Assembly (NCBI GenBank): GCA_946055775.1 | Contig: CAMGHE010000001.1 | Span: forward strand, 1 to 48,533 | Length of the DNA stretch: 48,533 nt | Direction: 5' to 3' | Origin: an uncultured Bacteroidales bacterium | Lineage (GTDB): Bacteria > Bacteroidota > Bacteroidia > Bacteroidales > Bacteroidaceae | In this document: one piece after another, positions 9,897 to 19,507 of the stretch | Numbering within the stretch: the first letter of the stretch is position 1 | How the letters are laid out: each line of letters opens with the position of its first letter | Notes under the pieces: generated by a model | Databases searched by the model: none | The model's input: the letters and a program-made list of their open reading frames with translations, nothing else | What the model was told of the DNA's origin: nothing | Translations under genes and position numbers: made by a program

Positions 9897-11093
9897 TCAG
9901 TCCTCGAGGCGGGCCAGGGCGGCCTTGATGCGGCGCATGGCCTCCTCGATGTTCTCGTCGCTGGTGGCGTAGCTCATGCGGAAGCAGTCGGGGTCGCCGA
10001 AGGCATCGCCGCCGACGGTGGCTACATGGGCCTCTTCAAGCAGGTACATGGCAAAGTCCATCGAGTTGGCGATGACCTTGTCGCCACAGCGCTTGCCGAA
10101 GTAGGACGAGCACTTGGGGAAGAGATAGAAGGCACCGTCGGGCTCGTTGACCTCCAGGCCGGGAATCTCGCGGGCCAGACGCACGATGAGGTTGCGGCGG
10201 CGCTCAAAAGCCTGACGCATGTCCTCGACGCACTGCTGCGAACCCGTATAAGCCGCCTCAGCCGCCTTCTGCGACACCGAGCACGGACCGCTGGTATATT
10301 GGCCCTGCAGTTTGTTGCAGCCCTTGACAATCCACTCAGGACCGGCAATGAAGCCGATGCGCCAGCCCGTCATGGCATAAGCCTTGCTGACGCCGTTCAC
10401 TACGACGACGCGGGGCTTGAGGGCGGCGTTGGAGGCGATGCTGGCGTGGCGGCCAACGTAGTTGATATGCTCGTATATTTCGTCGGCGATGACATACACC
10501 TGCTCGTGGCGCAGCAGCACCTCGGCCAGGGCTTCCAGTTCGTCGGCCGAATAGACCGAACCGGTGGGGTTGGACGGCGAGCAGAGAATCAGGGCGCGCG
10601 TCTTGGGCGTGATGGCGGCCTCAAGCTGTTCGGGCGTTATCTTGAAGTTCTGCTCGATGCCGGCGCGGATGATGACGGGCGTACCGCCGGCGAGCTTGAC
10701 CATGTCGGTATAGCTCACCCAGTAGGGGGCGGGGATGATGACCTCGTCGCCATCGTTGACCAGCGTCATGACCGTGTTGCAGACCGACTGCTTGGCGCCG
10801 TTCGATACGCTGATCTGTGCGGCGGTGTAATCCAGGCCGTTCTCCGTCTTCAGTTTGTTGACGATGGCCTCGCGCAGGGCGGGGTAGCCCGCTACGGGCG
10901 AATAGCGCGACCAGTTGTCCTCAACGGCCTTGATGGCGGCCGCCTTGATGTGGTCCGGGGTGTTGAAGTCGGGCTCGCCGACGCTCATGTTGATGATGTC
11001 GATGCCCTGTGCTTTCAGTTCGCCGCTCTTCTGCGACATGGCCAGTGTGGCCGATGTAGATAGGCGGTTGATTCTGTCAGATAGTTTTTCCAT
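9897..11093 (-). CDS. aspC: Class I/II PLP-dependent (aspartate) aminotransferase
   Basis: GEPDF, GAKQS, SPSNPTG, DEIYE, SKAYAMTGWRIG (PLP lysine), RMSYA. Confidence 0.9.
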   Translation of the reverse strand: MEKLSDRINRLSTSATLAMSQKSGELKAQGIDIINMSVGEPDFNTPDHIKAAAIKAVEDNWSRYSPVAGYPALREAIVNKLKTENGLDYTAAQISVSNGAKQSVCNTVMTLVNDGDEVIIPAPYWVSYTDMVKLAGGTPVIIRAGIEQNFKITPEQLEAAITPKTRALILCSPSNPTGSVYSADELEALAEVLLRHEQVYVIADEIYEHINYVGRHASIASNAALKPRVVVVNGVSKAYAMTGWRIGFIAGPEWIVKGCNKLQGQYTSGPCSVSQKAAEAAYTGSQQCVEDMRQAFERRRNLIVRLAREIPGLEVNEPDGAFYLFPKCSSYFGKRCGDKVIANSMDFAMYLLEEAHVATVGGDAFGDPDCFRMSYATSDENIEEAMRRIKAALARLED

Positions 11094-11132
11094 GATGTGT
11101 ATGTCAGAGTGGGAGAATGTGCGTGATGGACA

Positions 11133-11849
11133 TCAGTCGTCGTTGCCGCCGCCGAAGATTCTCAGCAGGAACAGGAACAGGTTGATAAAGTCCAGATAGA
11201 GCGTGAGGCTGCCCAGCAGCGCCAGTTTCTGGTTATCTTCGGTCATTTCGCTACCAGCCTCCTCAAACATGAGGCGCAGTTTCTGCGTGTCGTAGGCCGT
11301 CAGTCCGGCAAACACCACGACGCCGACGTAAGAGATGACCATACTCAGGCCAGAACTGTGCATGAACATGTTGACCACCGTGGCGATGATGAGGCCGAAG
11401 AGGCAGACCATCAGGAACTTGCCGCCGGCGCTCAGGTCGCGTTTCACGACGAAGCCCACCAGACTCATGGCGCCGAAGGTGCCAGCCGTGATGAAGAATG
11501 TCGTAGCGATGACCTCGGGAGCGTAGTGGAGTAGCAGGATGGAGAGCGTGGCGCCGTTGAGGGCTGAGTAGGCCACGAACATCAGCGTAGCCACGGGCAG
11601 CGACAACTTGTGGATGCGTGCGGCCAGGAAGCCCACCAGAAGCAGTTCGGCGATGATGAGGATGAAGTAGGTCGTCGAACTGGAGAAGATAGCCATCAGC
11701 ATCGACTTGTTGCCAGCCACATAGAGCGCGGTGAGGGCCGTGATGACCAGGCCGAAGGTCATCCACAGGTAAGTTTTGCGCATCAGTTTGCCCACCATGA
11801 GTTCGCTCTGCTCTTGGGCATAAACGTCATAGATTTCTTCGTTTTCCAT
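11133..11849 (-). CDS. Bax inhibitor-1/YccA family membrane protein
   Basis: About seven TM segments, GLTAYDTQKL and LYLDFINLF motifs. Confidence 0.93.
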   Translation of the reverse strand: MENEEIYDVYAQEQSELMVGKLMRKTYLWMTFGLVITALTALYVAGNKSMLMAIFSSSTTYFILIIAELLLVGFLAARIHKLSLPVATLMFVAYSALNGATLSILLLHYAPEVIATTFFITAGTFGAMSLVGFVVKRDLSAGGKFLMVCLFGLIIATVVNMFMHSSGLSMVISYVGVVVFAGLTAYDTQKLRLMFEEAGSEMTEDNQKLALLGSLTLYLDFINLFLFLLRIFGGGNDD

Positions 11850-11923
11850 AAATCGAGAAGTGTTGTTGGTTATTGATTTTGTCGTTGTGGCATGCCCCGC
11901 GTGAGGGACTTGCCAGGTTGTTC

Positions 11924-13138
11924 TTATTTGTTGAGGTGCAGGGTGTGCCCCATGCGCTCCGCCTTGGTACGCAGGTAGCGCTCGTTGTAGGGGTTGGCGG
12001 CAATCTCGATGGGTACGTTCTCCACGATTTCCAGACCGTAGGCCTCCAGTCCGACGCGCTTGACGGGGTTATTGGTGAGCAGGCGCATCTTGTGTACGCC
12101 CAGACTCGAGAGGATCTGTGCGCCCACGCCGTAGTCGCGTTCGTCCGGGTCGTAGCCCAGGTGGATATTGGCATCAACGGTGTCGTAGCCCTGCTCCTGC
12201 AGTTTGTAGGCTGCGATTTTGGCCATCAGGCCAATGCCGCGTCCCTCTTGGTTAAGGTAGAGGATGACGCCCTTGCCTTCGGCCTCGACCATGCGCATGG
12301 CGCGGTGCAGTTGTTCGCCGCAGTCGCAGCGTGCGCTGCCGAAGATGTCGCCCGTGACGCACGACGAGTGGACGCGCACCAGCACCGGCTCGTCTTCGGC
12401 CCATTCGCCCTTGATGAGCGCCACATGTTCCAGTTGGTTGCTCTTCTGGCGGAAGGGGATGAGGTGGAAGTGGCCGTATTCGGTGGGCATGTCCACCTCG
12501 TCGCCGCGTTCAACGAGGCATTCGTTCTTCAGACGGTAGGCGATGAGGTCCTTGATGGTGATGATGTGCAGGCCCTCGCGCTCGGCAAACTCCTGCAGCT
12601 GCGGCATGCGGGCCATTGTACCGTCGGGGTTGAGAATCTCGATGAGGCAGGCCGCCGGCTGAAGTCCCGCCAGGCGGGCCAGGTCAACGGCCGCTTCGGT
12701 GTGTCCGGCGCGGGCCAGCACGCCGCGGTCTTGGGCGTAGAGCGGGTTGATGTGTCCCGGGCGTCCGAAACTCTCCGGCCGGCTGTCGGGGTCGGCCAGG
12801 GCGCGGATGGTGGCGGCGCGGTCGTGGCACGACACGCCCGTCGTGCAGCCCTCCAGTTTGTCCACCGTCACGGTGAAGGGCGTGCCCAGCATGCTCGTGT
12901 TGGTCTGCACCTGATGCTCCAGTTGCAGTTCGCGGCAGCGTTCGATGGTGATGGGTGCGCAGAGCACGCCGCGGCCGTGGCTCAGCATGTAGTTGACCTT
13001 CTCCGGCGTTACCAGTTCGGCCGCCATGATCAGGTCGCCCTCGTTCTCGCGGTCCTCGTCATCGACGACGATGACCAGCCGGCCGTTCTTGAAGTCGTCA
13101 ACGGCCTGTTCTATTGTTGCAAGTTGGAAAGGTTGCAT
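11924..13138 (-). CDS. ribBA: Bifunctional DHBP synthase / GTP cyclohydrolase II
   Basis: [56 protein letters not shown]. Confidence 0.97.
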   Translation of the reverse strand: MQPFQLATIEQAVDDFKNGRLVIVVDDEDRENEGDLIMAAELVTPEKVNYMLSHGRGVLCAPITIERCRELQLEHQVQTNTSMLGTPFTVTVDKLEGCTTGVSCHDRAATIRALADPDSRPESFGRPGHINPLYAQDRGVLARAGHTEAAVDLARLAGLQPAACLIEILNPDGTMARMPQLQEFAEREGLHIITIKDLIAYRLKNECLVERGDEVDMPTEYGHFHLIPFRQKSNQLEHVALIKGEWAEDEPVLVRVHSSCVTGDIFGSARCDCGEQLHRAMRMVEAEGKGVILYLNQEGRGIGLMAKIAAYKLQEQGYDTVDANIHLGYDPDERDYGVGAQILSSLGVHKMRLLTNNPVKRVGLEAYGLEIVENVPIEIAANPYNERYLRTKAERMGHTLHLNK

Positions 13139-13183
13139 GTGGGATGGGAAGTTATGATAAGGGGTTGATAAAGAATGTCGTGT

Positions 13184-15418
13184 TCACTGCCTGCCGATGT
13201 CCATGCGTTGTGGCGCCTGCAATTGTGGCGCCGCCCTGCGTCCGCCGTCGCTGTTGCCGCTCTCGCTGCGTCTCTGTGGTGGTGCCGCCGTCCGTCCGGC
13301 GCGTTCGGGCGCGTTGGTGGCGCGGCGTTCTGCCGGTGTCGTGGCCTCCGGCATCTGCTGCTGTGTGCGTGCCCGTCGGCTTTCGCACCGCTGTACGGCG
13401 ATGCCCGCCAGCAGTGCCGTCAGTGCCACCGCCACCAGAGCGATGATGCGGCGCCGGCGTCGGCGTGCCACGGGTCGCGGGTCGTTGTTGGCCGCGCGGT
13501 CGCTCTCGCCCGGCATGAAGGCATCGTCGCCCTGCGTGATGGCGCGTGTGGTGCCCTCGCACGCCCGCTGTATCTGCTTGAGGTCGCGGTGCAGACGCAG
13601 ACGGAAACGCCCGATGCGCAGCCACATCACCAAGCCCAGCGGCAGACAGAGGCCGCACAGTACGTTGGCCCAGCGTCGCTCGAAAGGCGTGGTGTGGGCC
13701 GAGGTGAAGATGATGGGAAACTCGTTCAGCCAGGCGATGACCTTGTGCTTTCGACTGTTGGCCAGGTGGGTCACGATGTCCTCCATCTTCTCGCTCAGGG
13801 CGATGATGCGGTGGTCCGGAGTGTTGCGGAAGAACAGGCGGAAATAGTTGGGCAGGCGTAGCAGACGCGCCTCCTCGCTGTAGGTGCGTGCCTCGGTGGC
13901 CAGTTCGTCGAGCGCCGTAACCATGGCGTCGTAGTTGGGGTCTTCGATGATGACCTCCTTGCGGTCGATGTGGCGTCGCGAGCGCAGACCCAGCACCTGA
14001 CGGAAGAGGCGCAGGTAGAGTTCGCTGTTGAACACCATGCTGTCCTTGTTGGCCTTGTAAGTCAGGAAGATGCCGAAGGGCAGGAGCACCGCCGAACTGA
14101 TCCACATGCCATAGACCATGTGCCAGTTGCCGTCGCGTGCCATCTTCATGCCCGAGATGTTGATGATGTAGTAGGCGATGAAGATAGCCACCGACACCAC
14201 CGCCGGCATACCCAGTCCGCCCTTGCGGATGATGGCGCCCAGCGGTGCGCCGACGAAGAAGAACAGCAGGCAGGCCAGTGACAGCGTGATTTTCTGGTGC
14301 CACTCCACCTGGTGACCGCGGTACAGTTTTTCAGTCTGGTCGGCCGGCGTCGCCTTCCACTCCAGGTCCATCATGGCCGAGCGTATGGTTTGCAGAGCCG
14401 TCTGTTCGGCGCTGCGCAGGGCGTTGGGCGATGCCGCCGCCAGCAGACTGTCGTAGGGTAGGGGCGTGGTCTTGGCCAGCGTCTTGGCCTCGCGTTCGGG
14501 CATGGCCTGCGGTGTGTAGTAGCGCAGGCGCGCCTCCTGGTGCAGGCGAAGGCCCATGCTGTCGAGGGCCAGCGACATTGAGTCGAGACTCGTGTTGATT
14601 TCCGCCATGCTCTTGGCCTGCGGCATATCGCGCAGCATATTCTTGTCCATCAAGGCAAAGTTGCTGTCGAAGTCGATAAGGAAGCGTTTGTAGCCAAAGA
14701 CCTCGCGGTCGTAGGGTGCATTGCCTGTGCTCAGGGCGGAGAAGTTTTCCTGCTGCAGGTTTTCAAAGAGCGCGCCCTGCCAGAGGTCCAGCGTGAGGTG
14801 CATCTTGTCCGCTGAGACCTCCATGCGGCCTGAGTCGGCCAGCACAATCTGTGCGCGGTCGAAACCCTGGTCCGTCTTGTAGATGATGACGTTATAGAGC
14901 ATGCCCGTCTCCGCGTTCTTGCGCTCGACGAAGAGGTTGATGTTGGGCAGGTCGTTGTAGAATACGCCCTCGGGAATCTCCACCGCTGGCTGTGCCTGCT
15001 TCATGCTGATGAGCAGCGTGCGCAGGCTAATCTGCGCATGTGGCCCCGTGATGTTCTGGAAGTAGAACGAGACGCCCGTCATCAGCACCACCACCATCAG
15101 GATGGGGCGCATGATGCGTATGAGCGGCACGCCGGCAGCCTTCATGGCCAGCAACTCCAGGTCTTCGCCCAGGTTGCCGAAGGTGATGAGCGAGGCCAGC
15201 AGGATGGCCAGCGGCAGCGACGTGGGGATGAGCGTGATGCCCATGTACCAGAAGAACTGCGCCAGCACGTCCATCGTCAGACCCTTGCCGATGAGTTCGT
15301 CGAGGTATCTCCATGTGAACTGCATCATGAAGATGAACAGGCAGATGAAGAAGGCCCCCACGAACAGCGGCAGGAACTTGCTCAGTATGTAGCGATCTAA
15401 TCTCTTTAATCCTATCAT
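13184..15418 (-). CDS. LptF/LptG-family permease (LPS export) with C-terminal extension
   Basis: KRLDRYI start, ELLAMKAAGVPLIRIMRP, EWHQKITLSLACLLFFFVGAPLG, RKGGLG. Confidence 0.9.
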   Translation of the reverse strand: MIGLKRLDRYILSKFLPLFVGAFFICLFIFMMQFTWRYLDELIGKGLTMDVLAQFFWYMGITLIPTSLPLAILLASLITFGNLGEDLELLAMKAAGVPLIRIMRPILMVVVLMTGVSFYFQNITGPHAQISLRTLLISMKQAQPAVEIPEGVFYNDLPNINLFVERKNAETGMLYNVIIYKTDQGFDRAQIVLADSGRMEVSADKMHLTLDLWQGALFENLQQENFSALSTGNAPYDREVFGYKRFLIDFDSNFALMDKNMLRDMPQAKSMAEINTSLDSMSLALDSMGLRLHQEARLRYYTPQAMPEREAKTLAKTTPLPYDSLLAAASPNALRSAEQTALQTIRSAMMDLEWKATPADQTEKLYRGHQVEWHQKITLSLACLLFFFVGAPLGAIIRKGGLGMPAVVSVAIFIAYYIINISGMKMARDGNWHMVYGMWISSAVLLPFGIFLTYKANKDSMVFNSELYLRLFRQVLGLRSRRHIDRKEVIIEDPNYDAMVTALDELATEARTYSEEARLLRLPNYFRLFFRNTPDHRIIALSEKMEDIVTHLANSRKHKVIAWLNEFPIIFTSAHTTPFERRWANVLCGLCLPLGLVMWLRIGRFRLRLHRDLKQIQRACEGTTRAITQGDDAFMPGESDRAANNDPRPVARRRRRRIIALVAVALTALLAGIAVQRCESRRARTQQQMPEATTPAERRATNAPERAGRTAAPPQRRSESGNSDGGRRAAPQLQAPQRMDIGRQ

Positions 15419-15540
15419 GTGTGTAATGGTCGGGGGCGCACGTCCAGGCGCCGTTTCGCTAGATGGCCGGCGTGCGGCACGTGCCTGCGGCGGCGCTGCG
15501 CCGGTGCTTCCTGACGCTGTGCTGCCGCCAAACCCAACTG

Positions 15541-15548
15541 CAAAGATA
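15541..15548 (-). promoter_or_regulatory. -7 promoter element for the lptF/G-ribBA cluster
   Basis: CAAAGATA on + = TATCTTTG on -. Confidence 0.5.
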
Positions 15549-15694
15549 CGCCAAGCCCGCCGAACGGCAAAGCCCTCGGGCCAAAACCGTCACATTTACA
15601 TTCGCGCGCACGTATAAAACCTGCCAATGAGGCCCGCACGAGGCTCGCTGAAGGCCCGTACAGCAAACTTTTTTCAAAAAATCATGCGGAAAAT

Positions 15695-15725
15695 TTTGCT
15701 ATTCCGAATCTTTGTCCTACTTTTG
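15695..15725 (+). promoter_or_regulatory. Bacteroidetes promoter for tRNA-Met (-33 and -7 boxes)
   Basis: TTTG at 15695-15698 and TACTTTTG at 15718-15725, 19-bp spacing. Confidence 0.7.
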
Positions 15726-15767
15726 CACTCGCAAACGGGAGCAAGCCCGCTGCAAGCACATAACGAT

Positions 15768-15844
15768 GGCGAGATAGCTCAGCTGGTTAGAGCGTCGGAT
15801 TCATAATCCGAAGGTCAAGGGTTCAAGTCCCTTTCTCGCTACCA
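15768..15844 (+). tRNA. tRNA with CAT anticodon, probably elongator tRNA-Met
   Basis: Acceptor GGCGAGA/TCTCGCT, D arm AGCTCAGCTGGTTAGAGC, anticodon arm TCGGA-TTCATAA-TCCGA, T loop GGTTCAAGTCC, encoded CCA; lacks the initiator GGG/CCC anticodon stem. Confidence 0.93.
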
Positions 15845-15851
15845 ACAACAG

Positions 15852-15883
15852 GGAGACTGCCGCACATGCAGCCTCCTTTTTTT
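15852..15883 (+). terminator. Terminator after tRNA-Met
   Basis: GGAGACTGC-loop-GCAGCCTCC followed by a T tract. Confidence 0.7.
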
Positions 15884-16042
15884 ATTTGCTCCTCCTAACG
15901 GCGTCCTCTCCCTCAAAACTCGCCGGAAATCGACCTGTTTGGGCTCCTCTGAGCACCCCTTAGCCTCAGTCTTGTTTAAGAATCTTTAGGTTTATTTAAG
16001 AGCGTATTAACATTTCTCGAGGGTGAAGCCGGGGAAGAACAT

Positions 16043-16122
16043 ACGGTCCGAGCGACTCGAAACACGACCTGGGCGATAGAAATAACGACTTGGGCGACTG
16101 AAAAAACGGTCGCCCAAGTCGT
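16043..16122. repeat. Three 21-bp-period degenerate repeats plus one inverted copy
   Basis: Units at 16043, 16064, 16085 (core ACGACYTGGGCGA); ACGACTTGGGCGAC 16085-16098 is perfectly inverted at 16109-16122. Confidence 0.8.
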
Positions 16123-16408
16123 GTAGGCCCGAAAAGGCACGAAAAAAGGGACCGTTTGGCCCCTCTCTCTGCTTTCTATACAAAGTTACATCGTCGGCGG
16201 CCAAAATGCAAATGTTATTTCACATCTGTTTACATTTGGTCGTCAAAAGATGATTGTAAATAGATGTTAACAATTGAGATTCTTCGAGCCTTGTTTGCCG
16301 GCCTTTCCCTTGGCTTCATCTGTCGATGGGTGGCGACCAAAAACTGCACACTTTGCTGTCGTCTCCGCATTTTTGCGGGAAAGGCTTTCCTGTCTTTACA
16401 TTTTTTCA

Positions 16409-16416
16409 TAACTTTG
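16409..16416 (+). promoter_or_regulatory. -7 promoter element, likely for the nuo operon
   Basis: TAACTTTG about 340 bp upstream of nuoA. Confidence 0.55.
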
Positions 16417-16758
16417 CCCCTCGTAAGACGAACAGTGTGAAAAAGGGCAATCATACATCGTGTGTCGGGCCGCGCATGCCGAGGCTCGGCGTCAAATGTT
16501 GTAAGAAGGCTGAGAAGCGCCAAAGCTTCCCTGCCCTGTTGCCATATCCGCATGTCACGAAGGCTTGCCCTTGCCTTGGTTGACGGCGGATTTTTTCGTC
16601 TTCATACCCCGGCGCGGTGTGTGAATGCCCCCGTCATGCTGTACGCCCCCTGTCAGTCTGTTTGCCGCGGCCTCGTGTCGTGGAAGCGGGCGTGTGGAGC
16701 GTGTCTTCAAGAGAACAGATAAAACACTTAATAATAACCCTCACATCAACAAAGAGCT

Positions 16759-17109
16759 ATGAACTTTACCTTGTTTGTCACCGTAGCGTTGACAGGTATC
16801 TTGTTCGTTGCCATCGTGACGCTGTTGGCCCGCCTGATAGCGCCTCGAAGCTTCAACGCACAGAAGGAAGAGCCTTATGAGTGTGGTATTCCCACCCGTG
16901 GCCGCTCGTGGATGCAGTTCCGCGTGGGCTACTATCTTTTTGCCATCCTCTTCCTGATGTTTGATGTCGAGACCATGTTCCTCTTCCCCTGGGCCACGGT
17001 AATGAAAGCCATGGGCCCCGGCGGACTGCTGAGCGTGATCTTCTTCCTGTTTATCTTAGTTCTGGGCCTTGCTTACGCCTGGAGGAAAGGAGCTTTGAAA
17101 TGGCAATGA
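16759..17109 (+). CDS. nuoA: NADH-quinone oxidoreductase subunit A
   Basis: [27 protein letters not shown]. Confidence 0.96.
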   Translation: MNFTLFVTVALTGILFVAIVTLLARLIAPRSFNAQKEEPYECGIPTRGRSWMQFRVGYYLFAILFLMFDVETMFLFPWATVMKAMGPGGLLSVIFFLFILVLGLAYAWRKGALKWQ

Positions 17110-17735
17110 AACGACCCAAAATCAAGAACATTCCCTACAAGGAATTTAAGGACAACGAGACCTTTGAGAAACTCGTCGCTGAACTCAACGCCAAGGGTAC
17201 CAATGTGATAGTTCGCAAACTGGACGAACTCATCGACTGGGGCCGCTCCAACTCGCTCTGGCCGCTGACCTTCGCCACCAGTTGCTGCGGCATCGAGTTT
17301 ATGGCCGTCTGCGCCGCCCGCTACGACATTGCCCGCTTTGGCTTCGAGGTGACGCGCAACAGTCCACGTCAGGCCGACGTCATCCTGGTGTCGGGCACCA
17401 TCACCACCAAGATGGCCCCCGTGCTCCGCCGCCTCTACGACCAGATGGCCGACCCCAAGTATGTCGTGGCCGTAGGTGGCTGCGCCATATCGGGTGGCCC
17501 CTTTACCAAGTCGTTCCATGTGGTCAACGGCGTGGACCAGATCATCCCCGTAGATGTATATGTGCCCGGGTGCCCCCCGCGTCCCGAGTCGTTCCTCTAC
17601 GGCATGATGCAGCTGCAGAGAATAGTGAAAGTAGAAAACTTCTTCGGCACCACCAACCGCAAGCAGAAAGACCCCTACCGCGAAGAGGCTGAACAGCGCG
17701 CCGAAGCCCTATACCAACAGGAGGAACAGGCATGA
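17106..17735 (+). CDS. nuoB: NADH-quinone oxidoreductase subunit B
   Basis: [30 protein letters not shown]; ATGA overlap with the nuoA stop. Confidence 0.96.
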   Translation: MKRPKIKNIPYKEFKDNETFEKLVAELNAKGTNVIVRKLDELIDWGRSNSLWPLTFATSCCGIEFMAVCAARYDIARFGFEVTRNSPRQADVILVSGTITTKMAPVLRRLYDQMADPKYVVAVGGCAISGGPFTKSFHVVNGVDQIIPVDVYVPGCPPRPESFLYGMMQLQRIVKVENFFGTTNRKQKDPYREEAEQRAEALYQQEEQA

Positions 17736-19402
17736 CCGAACAGAACGAACAAAGCAAGCCGCAGGCCGCTGCCGCCAAGCCGGCACCTGCCGCACGTCCC
17801 GCTGCCGCTCCCGCCGCACCGGCCAAACCCGCCGAAAACGAACTCAAGCCCCGTGTGCTCGCTCCCGCTGAGGCACGCGCCGAACTGGTGCGCCTCAAGG
17901 AGAAGGAGGGTATGGACTACCTTGAAAACCTCACCGGCGTAGATTGGGGAGAAGAAGGACTGGGCGTAGTATATCAGCTCGAAAACACCACCACGCACCA
18001 GCGCGTGGCTATCAAGACCCTCACCGCCGACCGCGAAAACCCCTTCCTCCCCTCCGTGAGCGACCTGTGGGACATCGCCAATATCTACGAGCGCGAGGTT
18101 TACGACTTCTACGGCATCAAGTTTACCGGACACCCCGACATGCGCCGCATCTTCATGCGCGAAGACTGGGTGGGCTACCCCTTCCGCAAGGACGACGAGA
18201 CCGAGAAGAACAACCCCCTGCGCATGACCAACGAGCCCCTGGCCGACACCACCGATTCGTACATCCTGCAGCAGGACGGTACCATCACCAAGGAGACGCA
18301 CAACATCTTCGAAGAGGACGAATATGTGGTCAACATCGGTCCGCAGCACCCCTCCACCCATGGTGTGCTCCACTTCCGCGTGTCGCTCGAGGGTGAGCGC
18401 ATCCGCAAGATAGACCCCATCCTGGGCTACATCCACCGCGCCGTCGAGAAGATTAGCGAGAACATGACCTACCCCCAGACCCTCGCCCTGACCGACCGTC
18501 TGGACTACCTCGGCGCCATGCAAAACCGCCACGCCCTGTGTATGTGCATCGAGAAGGCCATGGGCATCGAGGTGAGCGAGCGCGTACAGGTCATCCGTAC
18601 CATCATGGACGAGCTGCAGCGTATCGACAGCCACATCCTCTTCTTCTCCTGCCTCTGCCAGGACATGGGCGCCACCACCGCCTTCCTCTACGGTTTCCGC
18701 GACCGCGAGGAAATCCTCAAAATCTTCGAGGAGACCTGCGGCGGACGCCTTATCCTCAACTACAACACCATCGGCGGTGTGATGGCCGACATCCATCCCA
18801 ACTTCCAGAAGCGCGTCAAGGAGTTTATCCCCTACATGCGGAAGAATATCAAGGAGTATCACGACATCTTCACCGGCAACGTCATCTTCCAGAACCGTGC
18901 CAAGGGCGTCGGCGTGCTCACCCGCGACCAGGTCATATCCTTCGGCTGTACTGGTGGTACAGGCCGTGCCGCAGGCTGGAGCAACGACGTGCGTAAGCAC
19001 CACCCCTATGCCGCCTACGGCAAGGTCAACTTCAACGAAGTGCTCCGCACCGAAGGCGACAGCTTCGCCCGCTATATGATACGTCTCGACGAGATTCTGG
19101 AGAGCCTCAACATCATCGAGCAGCTCATCGACAATATCCCCGAAGGTCCCTTCCAGGAGAAGACCAAGCCCATCATCAAGGTGCCCGCCGGCACGTACTA
19201 CTCCTCCGTAGAGGGCAGCCGTGGCGAGTTTGGCGTCTTCCTCGAGAGCAAGGGCGACAAGAGCCCCTACCGTCTGCACTACCGCTCGACGGGTCTGCCC
19301 CTCGTGGCCGTGATGGACACCGCCTGCCGCGGCAACATGATTGCCGACCTCATCACCATCGGCGGTACGGTGGACTATGTCGTGCCCGATATTGACAGAT
19401 AA
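17732..19402 (+). CDS. nuoCD: NADH-quinone oxidoreductase fused subunit C/D
   Basis: [47 protein letters not shown]-terminal DIDR. Confidence 0.96.
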   Translation: MTEQNEQSKPQAAAAKPAPAARPAAAPAAPAKPAENELKPRVLAPAEARAELVRLKEKEGMDYLENLTGVDWGEEGLGVVYQLENTTTHQRVAIKTLTADRENPFLPSVSDLWDIANIYEREVYDFYGIKFTGHPDMRRIFMREDWVGYPFRKDDETEKNNPLRMTNEPLADTTDSYILQQDGTITKETHNIFEEDEYVVNIGPQHPSTHGVLHFRVSLEGERIRKIDPILGYIHRAVEKISENMTYPQTLALTDRLDYLGAMQNRHALCMCIEKAMGIEVSERVQVIRTIMDELQRIDSHILFFSCLCQDMGATTAFLYGFRDREEILKIFEETCGGRLILNYNTIGGVMADIHPNFQKRVKEFIPYMRKNIKEYHDIFTGNVIFQNRAKGVGVLTRDQVISFGCTGGTGRAAGWSNDVRKHHPYAAYGKVNFNEVLRTEGDSFARYMIRLDEILESLNIIEQLIDNIPEGPFQEKTKPIIKVPAGTYYSSVEGSRGEFGVFLESKGDKSPYRLHYRSTGLPLVAVMDTACRGNMIADLITIGGTVDYVVPDIDR

Positions 19403-19507
19403 ACAGCCGGTCTGCCAGCCGGCGGGCGGGGTAGGGACAGTTTCCACCCGCCACACCGCAGCAGACGACGACAGACAGAAACACTCATATATATATAGTA
19501 TAGAATC

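Noticed and set aside
13139-13183. FMN riboswitch before ribBA
   Set aside because: Only 45 bp separate ribBA from the upstream gene and no FMN aptamer motifs are visible.
15768-15844. Initiator tRNA-fMet or tRNA-Ile2 identity
   Set aside because: No C1 mismatch or triple G-C anticodon stem; G2-C71/C3-G70 favours elongator Met, though Ile2 cannot be fully excluded without a covariance model.
15845-16758. Integrative element at tRNA-Met, or small ORFs in this spacer
   Set aside because: No integrase or repeated tRNA 3' end seen; the short overlapping ORFs lack motifs and typical codon bias.
19403-19507. nuoEFG remnant
   Set aside because: Spacer is 105 bp with no recognisable coding similarity.
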